Assembly: GCF_006345805.1 (NCBI RefSeq)
Contig: NW_021835987.1
Span: 62,001-126,000 of the forward strand
Direction of reading: 5' to 3'
Origin: Octopus sinensis
Taxonomy: Eukaryota
Length of the DNA stretch: 64,000 nucleotides
Shown here one piece after another: positions 1-13,385 of the stretch. Within the stretch, counting starts at the first letter, position 1; the number at the start of each line of letters is the position of its first letter. The notes beneath the pieces are model-generated. The model had not been told where the DNA came from and searched no databases. It was given only the letters and a program-made list of their open reading frames with translations. The position numbers and the translations under genes are program-made.

Positions 1-997
1 AAGATGGAGAGTGTTTGTGTGTGAGTGGAAGAATGTTTGGAAAAGAAAACGAAAAAAAAAATTAAAATTTAGAAACATAGGTGTTGGGAAGTCTTCAAAA
101 TTGAATTCAGTATGGGGCCCTAATTGGAAATTTCCAGGGTTTTAAAGAGTTTAGAATCGTCTCTTAACCAGTGTTGTTCCAAGGTCTTATCTGACAAGGA
201 GACGAAGTACTCAAGGTCCCAGCTATTCTATAGGACAACCCCCAATCCATGTTAAAATAAAAAAATACACAAATTAAAAACCAAAAACAAAACTGTCCTA
301 AAAAATCATAACATAACCCTATACTCCCTCTAACATCTAAAAACGGACAAACAATCAACACAACAATAGATATCCTTAAACTAACCACTTCCCCTAATTT
401 ATTAGGAAGTGGGCGCAAAATAGCGTAAGCAAACAAAAAATATAATTCAGGCTTAATATGAATAGGTGTAACTAAAGGATTTGCAGGAATAAAATTCTCA
501 GCATCTCCCAACATATTAGGAAACAATAAACTCAACTCAACTAATGCAAATAATATTACAAGAAACCCTAAAATATATTTATATCTATGATAATGATGTA
601 AAGGAATTTTATCTAAATCTCTATTTAATCCCAGCGGATTATTTGAACCTCCTTCATGCAAAAATAAAAAAATGTAAAATAACCAATCCCACAATAATAA
701 GAGGAAATAAAAAATGAAAACAAAAAAACCGACTCAAAGTAGAAAATCCTCCTCAAATTCAGTATACCAACACCTCCCCAATATAAGGAACAACAGAAAC
801 TAAATTAGTATTTACCGTAGCCCCCCAAAATGATATCTGACCTCAAGGTAAAACATAACCTACAAATCCAGTTAACATCACCAAAATATATAACATCACC
901 CCAACATTTCAAGTATAAATACTTATGTATGAACCATAATATAAACCACGACCAATATGCATATATAAACAAATACAAGAAAAAAAAGATGCTACAT

Positions 998-1403
998 AGG
1001 TGTAGGAGTGGCTGTGTGGTAAGTAGCTTGCTTACCAGCCACATTGTTCTGGGTTCAGTCCCACTGCGTGGCATCTTGGGCAAGCGTCTTCTACTATAGC
1101 CTCAGACCAACCAAAGCCTTGTGAGTGTATTTGGTAGACGGAAACTGAAAGACGCCCGTCGTATATATGTATATATATATAAATATATATATATATATGT
1201 ATGTGTATATGTTTGTCCCCCCAACATCGCTTGACAACCGATGCTGATGTGTTTACGTCCCTGTGACTTAGCGGTTCGGCAAAACAGACCGATAGAATAA
1301 GTACTAGGCTTACAAAGAATAAGTCCTGGGGTCGATTTCCTCGACTAAAGGCGGTGCTCCAGCATGGCCACAGTCACATGACTGAAACAAGTAAAAAAAA
1401 AAA
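998..1403 (+). mobile_element. tRNA-derived SINE, family 1 (CORE-like centre, TA/TG microsatellite, A-rich tail) inserted in cob
   Basis: Head ggagtggctgtgtggtaagtagcttgc...gggttcagtccc; CORE-like ttgggcaagcgtcttctactatagcc; tail ccagcatggcc...tgactgaaacaagtaaaa; same element recurs several times in the window. Confidence 0.9.
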
Positions 1404-1544
1404 TTAGCATGAATATAACGGAATACCCACCCATAATTAACATCTCGTATAATATGAATAACAGAATCAAAAGAATACTCAATACATGATGTATAATGTA
1501 TCGCAAAAAAAAATACCTCTTATTAACTGAATAATCAAACACAA

Positions 1545-1938
1545 GGCAGAGGCGCAATGGCCCAGTGGTTAGGGCAGCGGACTCGCGGTCGTAGGATCGC
1601 GGTTTCGATTCCCAGACCGGGAGTTGTGAGTGTTTATTGAGCGAAAACACCTAAAGCTCCACGAGGCTCCGGCAGGGGATGGTGGTGATCCCTGCTGTAC
1701 TCTTTCATCACAACTTTCTCTCACTCTTACTTCCTGTTTCTGTTGTACCTGTATTTCCAAGGGCCGGCCTTGTCACTCTCTGTGTCGCGCTGAATATCCC
1801 CGAGAACTTCGTTAAGGGTACACGTGTCTGTGGAGTGCTCAGCCACTTACACGTTAATTTCACGAGCAGGCTGTTCCGTTGATCGGATCAACCGGAACCC
1901 TCGTCGTCGTAACCGACGGAGTGCTTTAAGGAAAAAAA
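1545..1938 (+). mobile_element. tRNA(Arg)-like SINE, family 2, inserted in cob with ~12-bp TSD
   Basis: A/B-box head ggcgcaatggcccagtggttagg...ggtttcgattccc; flanks aatcaaacacaa (1533-1544) and aatgaaacacaa (1939-1950). Confidence 0.9.
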
Positions 1939-2059
1939 AATGAAACACAAACCTAATAAAGAACCAAAATTTCACCAAATAAACAAATTAACAGGTGATG
2001 GTAAATCAACTAATGCTCTATTTACAATCTGCAAAACAGGATGAGTTTTTCGTAATGAA

Positions 2060-2661
2060 CTAAGCATATTTATATTTAAATACTCGTAACGGCCCCTCAC
2101 AATAATAACAAATTTTAACAACTCTCACCAAAACTAATAACAATAATACACCTAAAAACACATAACAAAAAAAATTAAATCTTCTTATTAACAAATTTAA
2201 TCTCCATTATCTTCATATCTATCATACTTACGTCTAAATAATCATATCAAAAAAAAAAAAAACCAAAAACCCAACTAATATATATATAATTAATCCCTTA
2301 GAAAAAAAGTTAAATTGGAAATAAGCCTAATAATATATATAAATATTACTAATAAACCAAATATTACTAATAAACCAAATATTACTAATAAACCAAATAT
2401 TACTAATAAACCAAATATTACTAATAAACCAAATATTACTAATAAACCAAATATTACTAATAAACCAAATATTACTAATAAACCACCTACATACACCAAA
2501 AATAATATATAACCATATCAAGAATAAATAAAAAAAGAAATCAAAATCCTCATAAAAATCCTAACTAATATAATTATAAATCCTAATCTCAACGGTTGAA
2601 TTAAAATAATTAATAAACTAACAATAGAAAACCCTAACGAAAAATATATTATCAATACCAT
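2060..2661 (-). pseudogene. nad6: NADH dehydrogenase subunit 6, NUMT pseudogene
   Basis: MVLMMYFSLGF...IQPLSLG, VYVGGLLVIF motif; position between trnP and cob. Confidence 0.85.
2341..2484. repeat. 18-bp tandem repeat x8 (aaatattactaataaacc) inside nad6
   Basis: Eight perfect copies; reads GLLVIF x8 in the nad6 frame. Confidence 0.97.
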
Positions 2662-2662
2662 A

Positions 2663-2729
2663 TCAAAAAATAAAATATCATTTTAATCTATAACTTCCAA
2701 TGTTATTATTTTAATTAAACTATTTTTTG
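2663..2729 (-). tRNA. trnP: mt tRNA-Pro(TGG), NUMT copy
   Basis: caaaaaa/ttttttg acceptor stem, ataac-attggaa-gttat anticodon arm. Confidence 0.8.
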
Positions 2730-2730
2730 G

Positions 2731-3672
2731 ATTTATAAATAAAACATTATTTTACTAAACACTCCAACAAAGATTAAAATTATTAATACACATGGTAAAT
2801 ACCTCTTCCAAATTAAATACATTAATAAATCATAACGATATCGAAGATAACTCGCACGAACCGAAATAAATAAAAATCTCAACTAATGATATAGAAAACC
2901 CAATAGAAACGCTTAAAAATCCTCCTCCAAAAAATAACACTCCACATAAAAACCTCATAAATAAAATATTACTATACTCAGCTATAAATAGCAAAGCAAA
3001 TCCTACTCCTCCATACTCAACATTAAAACCTGAAACTAACTCTGACTCCCCTTCAGCAAAATCAAAAGGAGCTCGATGAGTCTCCGCAATTATCGACACA
3101 ACCCACATTATAAATATAAAAAAATTAACAAAAAAAATTCAACAAATATACTGATATTTTAATAAATTTACTAAACTAATACTTCCCACCAACAACAAAC
3201 AACTCATTAAAATTAAAGATATCCTAACCTCATAAGAAATTCTTTGAGCAACTGCACGCACAGACCCTAACAAAGCATACTTAGAATTAGAAAATCAACC
3301 AGCCCCATAACACAATAAACACCAATTCTAGAAATACACAAAAACATCATCATCCTTATCCCACCCATCCCAACCAAAAAAAATAACCATTATAATAACC
3401 ACAAATAACCACAAAAATAAAGCAAAAAACAAACTTAAAAATGGACAAACTAAAAAAGGAAAATAATTAACTAAGGTAGGCTTAATATACTCTTTTCTAA
3501 ATAATTTAATTGCATCTGACAAAGGTTGAAGTAAACCCATTAACCCCACCTTATTAGGACCTTTACGTAACTGAAAATATCTTAATCCTTTTCGCTCCAA
3601 TAATGTAAAAAAAGCAACCGCCAATAATGCAGAAATACATGCAACCACATACGAAACCAATTCAACAAACAT
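2731..3672 (-). pseudogene. nad1: NADH dehydrogenase subunit 1, NUMT pseudogene
   Basis: [58 protein letters not shown]; split across frames. Confidence 0.93.
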
Positions 3673-3742
3673 TATTAAGAGAAAATAATAAAAATTTCCA
3701 TAATAGGATCTTAAATCCTACACACTAATCTGCCATCTTAAT
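3673..3742 (-). tRNA. trnL2: mt tRNA-Leu(TAA), NUMT copy
   Basis: attaagatggcaga...gtaggatttaagatcctat; anticodon TAA. Confidence 0.85.
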
Positions 3743-3807
3743 ATAAAGTAAAAGTTATACTTTTATAAAATAATCCTAAATTATTCACATATTTCTGCCA
3801 ACTTTAT
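3743..3807 (-). tRNA. trnL1: mt tRNA-Leu(TAG), NUMT copy
   Basis: ataaagttggcaga...aataatttaggattatt...actttat; anticodon TAG. Confidence 0.85.
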
Positions 3808-5192
3808 CCAATATTTATAAAATTAATTAAAAACAATTAATCATAATCAATCCTTTCGTACTAAATCAAATAAAAAAATAATTTAAAAGATAAAAACCAA
3901 CCTGGTTTTCACCGGTTTGAACTCAGATCATGTAAAATTTTAAAAATCGAACAGATTTACCTAATAAAGCCTCTACACCTTAAGGTCAATTTTAATCCAA
4001 CATCGAGGTCGCAATCTCTTTTTTCAATATGAACTCTCAAAAAAAATTACGCTGTTATCCCTATGGTAACTTATCTTCTAAGCAAAAAACTTGGTTTATT
4101 CTTCAACTAAATTTAAAATTAAGGAAGTTATAATAATACCCAAATACTCTTTATTCCTGATCACCCCAACCAAAATATTTATAAATAAACTCTACATATT
4201 ATATATTATATATATATATATTATATATATATATATATATATATTAAATATACTAAAAGCTCAATAGGTCTTTTCGTCCCTTTAAATAAATCTTTTTCAC
4301 TATAAAAATTAATTTCAAATAAATAAAATAGAGACAGTTAAATTCTCGTCAAACCATTCATTCTAGCCCCAATTTATAAGGCAAATTATTATGCTACCTT
4401 AGTACAGTTTTAATACCGCAGCTGTTAAATATTAATCACCGAGCAGGCCCAACTCTTCATTAAAAAAACTCAAAGAGACATGTTTTTGATAAACAGGCAA
4501 AATTTATTCTTGCCAAATTCCTTTAATTTACTTTACTAATAAAAACTTATATTTACACGACTAACCTTAAATTTAAATACTATAAAATAAAACTAATAAT
4601 ATATATATACTACCTAACAATACTCATTTCAATATTATATTTCACTTTTTATAATTAAAAGATATTTATTCAATTACTATAAAGAAAGTTTTATAACATA
4701 AAACAACATTAAAAATAATAATAAAGAAAAAATATTAATTCAACTTTAATCAATCATTTTACCCTAATCCATATTCTCACAATAATATATGAAGCTTATC
4801 CTCCAACTCTTAAACTAAAAAACTACTAATCCATAACTAACTTTTAGCTAACACTAAAATGTAAAAATAAATAAACTAGCTATCATATAAATCGAATAGC
4901 ATTTCACTACCATTTACTCTTAAAATAATAACTTTATCACGTTAACTACATATAAATTAATACTAAAGCAAATAAATCTTCATATTTCGAGAAAATCATA
5001 TTCATTAAATAATATTATTAAACCATTATGCAAAAGGTACAAGATTCAAATTTTATTATAACTAAACCATATAATCTTCATCCTTTACAGTACATACAAA
5101 CAAATATTTTTATACCCATTACTTTACAATCGAAAACTTTTATCAATGCTTTTACTCAAAAATAAATCTCAAAACATAAAATTTAATCTAAA
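3808..5192 (-). rRNA. rrnL: mt 16S rRNA, NUMT copy (with TA expansion at ~4196-4244)
   Basis: Universal 16Sbr-like site ccggtttgaactcagatcatgt (~3912), atccaacatcgaggtcgc, 16Sar-like atgtttttgataaacaggc (~4480). Confidence 0.95.
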
Positions 5193-5261
5193 TCAAGAAT
5201 AATTTAAATAAAATTATCCTCTCAACGTAAGTGAGACACATTACAATTATGTTAATTTTTG
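5193..5261 (-). tRNA. trnV: mt tRNA-Val(TAC), NUMT copy
   Basis: tctca-cttacgt-tgaga anticodon arm between rrnL and rrnS. Confidence 0.8.
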
Positions 5262-5690
5262 TACATATACTGTCCCAGAAACAATTTCCATTACTTCTTA
5301 TGTTACGACTTATCTTATTTAAACAAGAGTGACGGGCGATATGTACACTTTACAAAACCATATTCAACTACCATACTAATAACTAGTTTCAATTAAGTCC
5401 ACTTTACTACAAAATTTATTTCTCAATTATCCGATAAATAAATAATATAAATTATAGTAGTCCATTAAAACCTTCTTTATTAGCTACATTATGACTTTGA
5501 CATATAAATCCTGAAATTAAAAGTCCTTTTTACTTTAAAATATAAACTGCCAACAGCAATATATAAAACGTGGATATTATATTATATATATATTAATTTA
5601 ACAAAAAAGTAAGATATTTAAAAATGTGGTGGATTATCAAATTATATTAACAAAACCTCCACCTAACTGGTATGAAAACAGCCAAAACCT
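5262..5690 (-). rRNA. rrnS: mt 12S rRNA 3' part, NUMT copy (5' truncated)
   Basis: ttacgacttatct, aagagtgacgggcgatatgtac (12S conserved site), gtggattatcaatt. Confidence 0.9.
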
Positions 5691-6170
5691 TAGATAATAA
5701 GATTCGGCTCATTAAAGCCGAATGGTGGTGTTGGGGGCAGGGCAACCTATTTAGGAGAAATGAGACTCTAATTTCCCACCTCCGACACCTGCAACAATAC
5801 TAAACATGGGAAGTTGTTTGGGTCTTAAACACTGAGGGAAAATCGGGCATGAAACACTGAGGCAGTTCCATGCTGTGTACCAGCTCACTCTCGCAACTCC
5901 TCGACGAGGCCGATAGGGAATTGCAAAGCTTGTTGTTGTTCCTTTTGGGTCCATCAATGACGCATGGAGCAGGGACATCATTGCATGGCAACAATCTGTC
6001 CGCCATACCACACTGCCCAGGCCTGTGTTAAATTGAAACCTCTGTACTAAAGGGATAAACCCGGACAACACATCGGAGAAGAACATAAAAACTGAATAGC
6101 ATAGGAAAAATTGACAAGTGGGACAAAAGTGGAAAGTAGTAGCATTTGCGTATAGGACTATCCAAAACAC
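5690..6170. repeat. Conserved upstream block 'U', copy C (continues at 75-226 on the other side of the NUMT)
   Basis: Aligns by eye with 38440-38830 and 61735-62700 (e.g. ggcaacaatctgtccgccataccacac vs ggcaacaacctgtcctccgtaccacac). Confidence 0.75.
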
Positions 6171-7719
6171 GGACACACTTTCCCAGTGGTATAGAAATAA
6201 GGGCCTATAATTTATTTAGTTTATTGAAGATTCTTAGTTTATGCATGTATGCAACTATAGTATTGGTAAGTCCCATGTATGTTCTTAAAAATTAAATAAA
6301 GAATTTTGACATGTACGAATATTTATTTCCCCCCACTGTATATATAATGCAAATTTCAAGCAATAAATATGTCTTCATTGTACTAAATGACTGTATGTCT
6401 AAATATATTATTTTTTTATTAATAAATTGGGGACAATTATTATAATACTAATAAGGACAATAATATATAAATATTGTTATATTCCGGAATGGTCATATTG
6501 CCAGTTTAGCCAATAAATATATAAATAGTTTTTTAAGTTTTCGAAATAAATCTCATAACGAAAATAATAAATGCATTCTATATTATCCTATCCCATCACG
6601 CTAATAATAATATATATGTCTTATTCAATCCATGTTATGCGCTCTTATGAAAGAATGTAGCTATAAATTGGTTTATAATTCAGTACGCCTTTAATTAAAA
6701 ATATCAACATATTTATTGAGCCACCCAAGCTGAGACTTGATTTGTATATGTTACTTAAGGTTTATTTACTGAGTTCCTCCCGTCCCATAATATACAAATA
6801 ATAATCCTTATTCAATTAATTTCAAATGTGGTTACATCTAAAAAAAAATAGTAATATTTTGATATCCATTGTTTATATATATGCAAACTATACAACCTAT
6901 ACATTATGGAGTATTTTAGTTATACACCTAATCATATAGTGTTTGTAGCTCAAAGTTTATTTGTTACGAAATTCTCCCTCCCATAAACAATAATGAACAT
7001 TTTTATTCGTTACTTTAAACAATCGGTTTTTTTTATATCAATAAATTTAATAAATACAAGAGTTATAGTATTAATGATATAATAATCATTTATATTATTT
7101 TACACGTTACGTTTCATTACAGTTTCTAAATTAAGTAAGACTCTGATAATTAATTATATGGATATATATATTATTGTTGTATGTTATTATAAAATAGTAT
7201 GGATTAATATTATTTGAGATATATAGAAATATATTTCGATAGCTGTAGATTATACTTATCTAATTATTTGTCCGTTATTATGACGAAAAATTGTTGCTTT
7301 TTTGGGGTTTTTTTAAGATTTGCTATATTATATTCTTAATATATTGTTATAATATAAATAAATAAATAAATTGATTGTCAATCTTATCTCTGTATTTAAT
7401 TTATTGTTTTTATATGTTTGCACGTATTTTGTATCCGTGAATGTGCTACCTCGATTGGGGATGACGTGTTACTAAACAACTGCAACAGAATCAAACTGGA
7501 TGATGTAACCATAAATACATTATGACTTAACAAAAGATGAGATGGTCACATTTGGAATACTTTAGATCATAACTCTGTTGGATCAGAATTGATCTGGTGA
7601 TTAAACACGGTCACAAACTTTTTCTCACTTCTCAATGCGCGCTTACAGACACACTCACCTCCTAATCATAATACATTTGTGCGCAAATAAAGCAGAATGC
7701 GATAAGAAAAAACACTTAC

Positions 7720-8400
7720 TTTCACTGAGGTGCAGGGCCGCCCCTACACTTTAGGTGGTTATGTGAGGACTTCTTGTCAAGACTGTTCATTAAGGGCACA
7801 ACTGCTCTCTGCTCTCCTTCCTGTCTTCTATTCTAAGTACTTTCTTCTATTAACCACACTAGAGTCTACAGATATCAGGACTTTTCATAAATGCCAGATC
7901 TGACCACTGCTGTCTGTCCTTTGTTCTCTAATCTGTTTCACCTTCAGACTTAGACTTGTCCGAAAATTAACAAAAACCACAGTACCATCCACTCAGATCA
8001 ATCTTGTTTACTAATATGCCTGTATTTCCACACGAAAGTGAAAATACACCAAACTTTTCAATACGTCTTCTTTGTTACTACGAAGGAAAGAAGTTCTTGA
8101 GTAGAGAAATGCGCTTCACGAAACATACAGAAGATACGCCTGTGTAGTTGTTGAAGTCGTTCCGATGTTAGCAGTAATGCAACTGTGGTGTTTTTGATAC
8201 TGACGTTGTAGTGTTAATACCTGGTGATTGCGTGATGTGATGTTGGTGTTTCTGTAGGTGGACATATGAAAGCTGAACGCTGAAGGTCGCTGGACCAAGT
8301 CTTTCAGTAAAGAAAATCATTAAAATCAATCGCTATGGATGATGCAACGTACACATAGTTCTAAGGCGGTACACTATCTCTTTCAACCAAGACACAAACT
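7720..8400 (-). repeat. Exon-like block 'X', copy 1
   Basis: Homologous to 41196-41841, 42934-43622 and 44570-44880; ends at a GTAAGT donor (acttac 7714-7719 on +). Confidence 0.65.
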
Positions 8401-9034
8401 GTTTTCTTGAGACTCACAAGACATGTCTTTACATGTATCATGGCTATTAGCGATACTTCCTACTTAGAAAGTATCTGTGTGTGTTTGTGCGCGTGCGCGC
8501 AAAAGTGTGTGTGTGTTTGTGTAAACAGGGTATCCCAAAATCAGGGCAAACAACTGATAAGCTGAAGGGTACGCACACTTCTTTCTCGACCACGTCCAAG
8601 TCACTAATCGATGGAACCATTCTCTTGAAATTTATTTGCAATTTTCCAGACAGTTCTTCGGTTAATTTTGAGTTTTTTGCTATAGCCCTATTAATTTTGC
8701 CTTCTTAGTGGAGGGTTACGATCGTATTTCAGTCTCTAGCCGTGATCTAATTTATGACACGAAATTTATTTAGTCTGAAATAAAAATAAGACACACTAAG
8801 CTTTTAAAATGATGTAAAATTTTCATATCTCATCACATTTATTGATAGTTATTAAAGCCCGAAACTCGGTTGCTTTCATTCCGAGACACACTGTATATAC
8901 ATATAAATAAATAACAACAAATGGATTGTGATTTACAATACGTGAGTAAGGATTGGTTCTTAAGTATTCTTCTACACGATTGCGCTATCGCCGACCTACC
9001 TTGTGTTTCAGTACATACATACATACTCCATACA

Positions 9035-9084
<50 letters not shown>

Positions 9085-9106
9085 ATATATAAATATATAT
9101 ATCTAT

Positions 9107-9137
<31 letters not shown>

Positions 9138-10205
9138 TATATATATATAGTATATATATATATATATATATATATTATATCATATATATATATATATATA
9201 TATAGGTAGACTATACGAAAAAACAAACAAAGACAAAGACAGGTAGTGTAGAAAACAAACAGATGTATTAGTATATTTTTCACGCTTTTGCCTTCTACTC
9301 CAAAGACCAGGACATAAAAGCAAGGGAAAAAACATTTTGTTTACTGAAAAATCAAGTTATATTGTATACCAAGGATGAAAACTAATCGCATGTCTGTGTT
9401 CTGTTGGAAGAAATGCTTCAGAAACAATTGTCTATCAAAGGAAAAACATCTGCCCCTTAATTGTACTGCACTAGCCTCAAACGTTGTTTGGGACACAATC
9501 GTATAAAAAAAAACATCATGTGGTCTGTGTAGGATACGTTGATGTATGTTGATGTATATACAGAAATGAGCTGGATTCGAACTTGAAATTTTTACTGCCA
9601 CATATATGATTCATGCTATATTTTTATATTGAATTTTCAATCAATTTATGTTTCAATAAATGCAACCATGTATTGAATCTATGACAGGACCGATTCTCCT
9701 GATTGTTGAGTTTTATCAAGTTTATCCTTGAAAACATTGAATTAATTTTTGCTGCCCAAACATGAATTTCTGAATCAGAGAGCCAGTCATGTCGATATGA
9801 GCATGAATCTCTTAGACGTAATACTGTCATCTTGAGCTAAATTAATTGATTGAACTGAATATTTGCTCTAACATTTTCAGTTAACTACATTGATTTCATA
9901 CTTCGCTCGCGTGCCGACATACAATTAAATACAGCACACAATTACAAATCGTGCAATATAGATAATATCTTTTAAGCGATGAGTTAAAATTTGCTTAAAA
10001 CCGAGCGACATGTCTACAAAATCCATACTCGTGGCTTCTTTTTAATCTTGTCATTTTCCAAATGATTTTCTGAAATATTTGTTTTCATTAGTTAGAAGGG
10101 TCGTGTTTCCTAGAGCAAAGAAAAGACAACCAAATTCAATATAGAAACAAATCTATATTACAACTAATACATATATACAACCACATATATACAGGTGTAT
10201 ATGTG

Positions 10206-10244
<39 letters not shown>

Positions 10245-10276
10245 TCTATATAATATATATATATATATATATATAC

Positions 10277-10316
<40 letters not shown>

Positions 10317-10318
10317 TG

Positions 10319-10349
<31 letters not shown>

Positions 10350-10419
10350 GTATATATATATATATATAATATATTATATACACACATATATATATATATA
10401 TACTTGTATATATTTATAC

Positions 10420-10790
10420 TCGTCACGCACCACGGTTTGAAGACGGCTCCGGAACATGGTGCATGCGTTCATCTCTGTGTACCTAGGAAAATCTGAGTTA
10501 GAGTCCGGGGAATTAAGAGGCCAGATGTTGGGCCTGGTTAATTTTTAGAAATTTTCTGACAACCACTTCTGAGATTTTCTAAAGACATAGCTAGGATCCT
10601 AATCCTGCTAACACACACATAGACTTCCGGCAGCAACCATGTTAAGCTAAGGTTTCACTAGTCTCCAACATTTATAAATAGCCGTTCGAAATAAGCATAA
10701 GGCCCCCTTCATCAATTTTAGGATGAACTCCAGCGTGCCGTCGTTGTCCGAACGCCTGCTGTGTAACCTCCACGAGTCATAGCTTTCTAC
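10420..10790 (-). mobile_element. Tc1/mariner-superfamily transposase remnant (duplicate at ~14650-15020)
   Basis: Decayed VKP*LNMVAAG... and WPLNSPDSN (cf. WPPNSPDLNP motif). Confidence 0.75.
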
Positions 10791-10860
10791 TTTCTCTTGT
10801 AATTACTTATGACGTGTCTCAGACACTTTACAGTGTTCCAAGCGCATTGAGCATGATACA

Positions 10861-10904
<44 letters not shown>

Positions 10905-11454
10905 CCACACACCCACAACAAACACACACATACACTCAAATACATACATACATATCATCCCTTGTGCCCATATGGTATCTTTCAGTCTCCAGTATACGAG
11001 ATTACTGCTCATTTAGACACACGGAAAAGGACGCAAGTCTTTTGAGAAATCTCGAGGTTTGAACGAGAGGAAAGTAAGAGCAAAAAGTGGAAAGAGCACA
11101 AATTTGAATAATTTTAGTCTGAAATGTTGCCTGGAAACACAGGGCATGATATATAAGCTTGCCAGTTCCTTGTGTTTTCACAGCATGAAACTAATCATAG
11201 CTGGAAATTAAATACTGTGTTTGTTAAATGATATTAACGTTTCACTGGATGGAATATATTTATTGTTGATATCACTAATTACAGAATATTAAATTATGTG
11301 TGTGTGTGAATGAGTGTACATACACACGCACACACATACACACATATATATATATATGTAGATATATATATGCACTCATATATATATATTTATATATATA
11401 AATACATGTATGTGTATCTATATATGTAGATGTATTTGTGCATGTATACGTGTA

Positions 11455-11583
<129 letters not shown>

Positions 11584-11920
11584 GTATATATATATATGTT
11601 TATATATATTTGTACCGCTTGTGTTCATCTATGTCTTTCCATATTTCCGGGCATTTATCGATCTTGGGTAATCGGTAGAGATTGGTCTCTTCATTTCAGA
11701 ATTACATAAGTTGTCCATTTCTGTATCTGTGAAATATTCTGGGAGATAGTTAATTAACATACTTTTGGACTAGTGTTCCAATATTTTGTCTTTATAATAG
11801 TCCTTCTCCATCATGAATATCGCCCCAAAATAATCGACTTCTTATAGGATGATTGTGCTGGCTTTCTTCAGTTTCAATATATGTGTGTGTGTGTGTGTGT
11901 GAATGCGTATGCGCACGTAG

Positions 11921-11951
<31 letters not shown>

Positions 11952-11957
11952 CATACA

Positions 11958-11990
<33 letters not shown>

Positions 11991-13385
11991 GCATATATAC
12001 ACACATATATATATATACGTATATATGTATGTATGTATATATGTGTGTAAGTACGTTCGCACACACACACATACAGACACACTTTCATGCATACGTTTAG
12101 ACACAATCACAAACACACATTTAAAAGCCTTTCCAAATAATTCCATAGATTCTATTTTCTTCAGCTCACCAACAGAACAACCGATCAACAATTTTGTCCG
12201 TCACACCATAACTACGAGAATTTTAATTTCATTGATAATAACTTTTGATTCTTTTGACCTGTCATCAAATTTTTCCATCCCTGAAGAACACATCTTTCTT
12301 TCTTCCTTTCTTTCTTTCCTTCTTTATTTCTTTTAGAAACCTACAACACATGCATCCTTATACACTCATACATACAAACATGTACACACATGGACACAAG
12401 CATATATATACATATATCTATAGAATCAAAATGACAAAGGACATCTCAGATATCTCCCCCTCAATCACACTCTTTCCAAAACCCAAGAAAAAAGATTCAC
12501 TCCCGGTTCTTTTCAACTCACTTCTTTATAAAAGTTATGAATTTCCGATGAGAAATCAGTCATGATGAATCCCTGAAAGGGGCGAAAGCTCTAAGTAAAT
12601 AGATTTTTGTTCAAATCCTGTCCTGACTACCATCTCTCATTAATACATGAAATCTGCACAACGTTTCAAAATTTTATACAGACACACACATCTTCACTAC
12701 ATCAAGCGTTACCATCACAACAAACGCACCAACAACACTGCCAAGCCAATAACAATATCGAACACATCCCGTCGAATGTGCATTTGGGTATCCAACGTGT
12801 TCAGGGAAGTGTGACTTTTCATTTGCGTGTGAAACATCGAGTTTAGTTCCGTGTAGGTGAAGGCATAACATCATTAATGACCAGTGTTGCTCTAACTGCG
12901 TATGTTATTGACCATTATATCGATATCTGCAGATACTGGTGACAGTAGCGAGCAGTGCTGCTATCAGTGAACAGTTCGAAAACCTGCGCTCCGGTTTCAC
13001 TTGTAGAGACAGTGGTAATATTGTCATTTGTAGGAACTCTGGATTGATATCTAGAGACTGTGCCTACCTCTGTGGTAATTCTGAATGCAGAAGATAATAT
13101 TCCTTATACTATAAACACAAGGTCTGAAATTTTGTAGGAAAGGGCTAGTTGATCATATGAACTTCACTGCTCAGCTACTCAGTCGGCCTCTGTAACATTA
13201 GAATGCAGTAAACAATATTGGCATTCGTAGGGGTTCTGGCTTGACATCTAGAGACAGTGGTGACATCTGTGGAAAATTCTGAAAGTGGAATTTACAGGTA
13301 TCCTTCATAAGTGGACGGTCATCCGAGGAGAGGACATTACTGGACGGTCATAGTGGACAGACGTGACAACGTCTCTCTTTGCCCA

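Larger units (their letters stand above)
226..2067 (-). pseudogene. cob: cytochrome b, NUMT pseudogene in three pieces (2067-1939, 1544-1404, 997-226)
   Basis: [10 protein letters not shown]...WWNFGSLLG, HAN|[54 protein letters not shown]; GGFS-TLSR lacks the usual VDNA residues; split by two SINEs. Confidence 0.95.
226..5690 (-). other. NUMT (nuclear mitochondrial insertion), cob-nad6-trnP-nad1-trnL2-trnL1-rrnL-trnV-rrnS(partial)
   Basis: Recognisable mitochondrial genes in the octopod order, but with frameshifts, deletions, two SINE insertions and nuclear flanks; cob truncated after 'TWIGGCPME', rrnS truncated. Right edge approximate. Confidence 0.95.

Noticed and set aside
1545-1620. Functional nuclear tRNA genes at SINE heads
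   Set aside because: tRNA-like heads run into SINE bodies with tails or TSDs and lack a proper cloverleaf 3' end
226-5690. Authentic mitochondrial genome segment
   Set aside because: Frameshifts, deletions, nuclear SINE insertions and nuclear flanks on both sides
6200-7450. Mitochondrial control-region NUMT
   Set aside because: Very AT-rich, but no tRNA or motif I can verify, and not contiguous with the NUMT
12555-12600. Further hammerhead-like motifs (tgatgaatccctgaaaggggcgaaagct here; ccgatgaacgggaatgtgaaac at ~14085; both duplicated)
   Set aside because: Core mismatches and a weak stem I or II; at best decayed PLE relics
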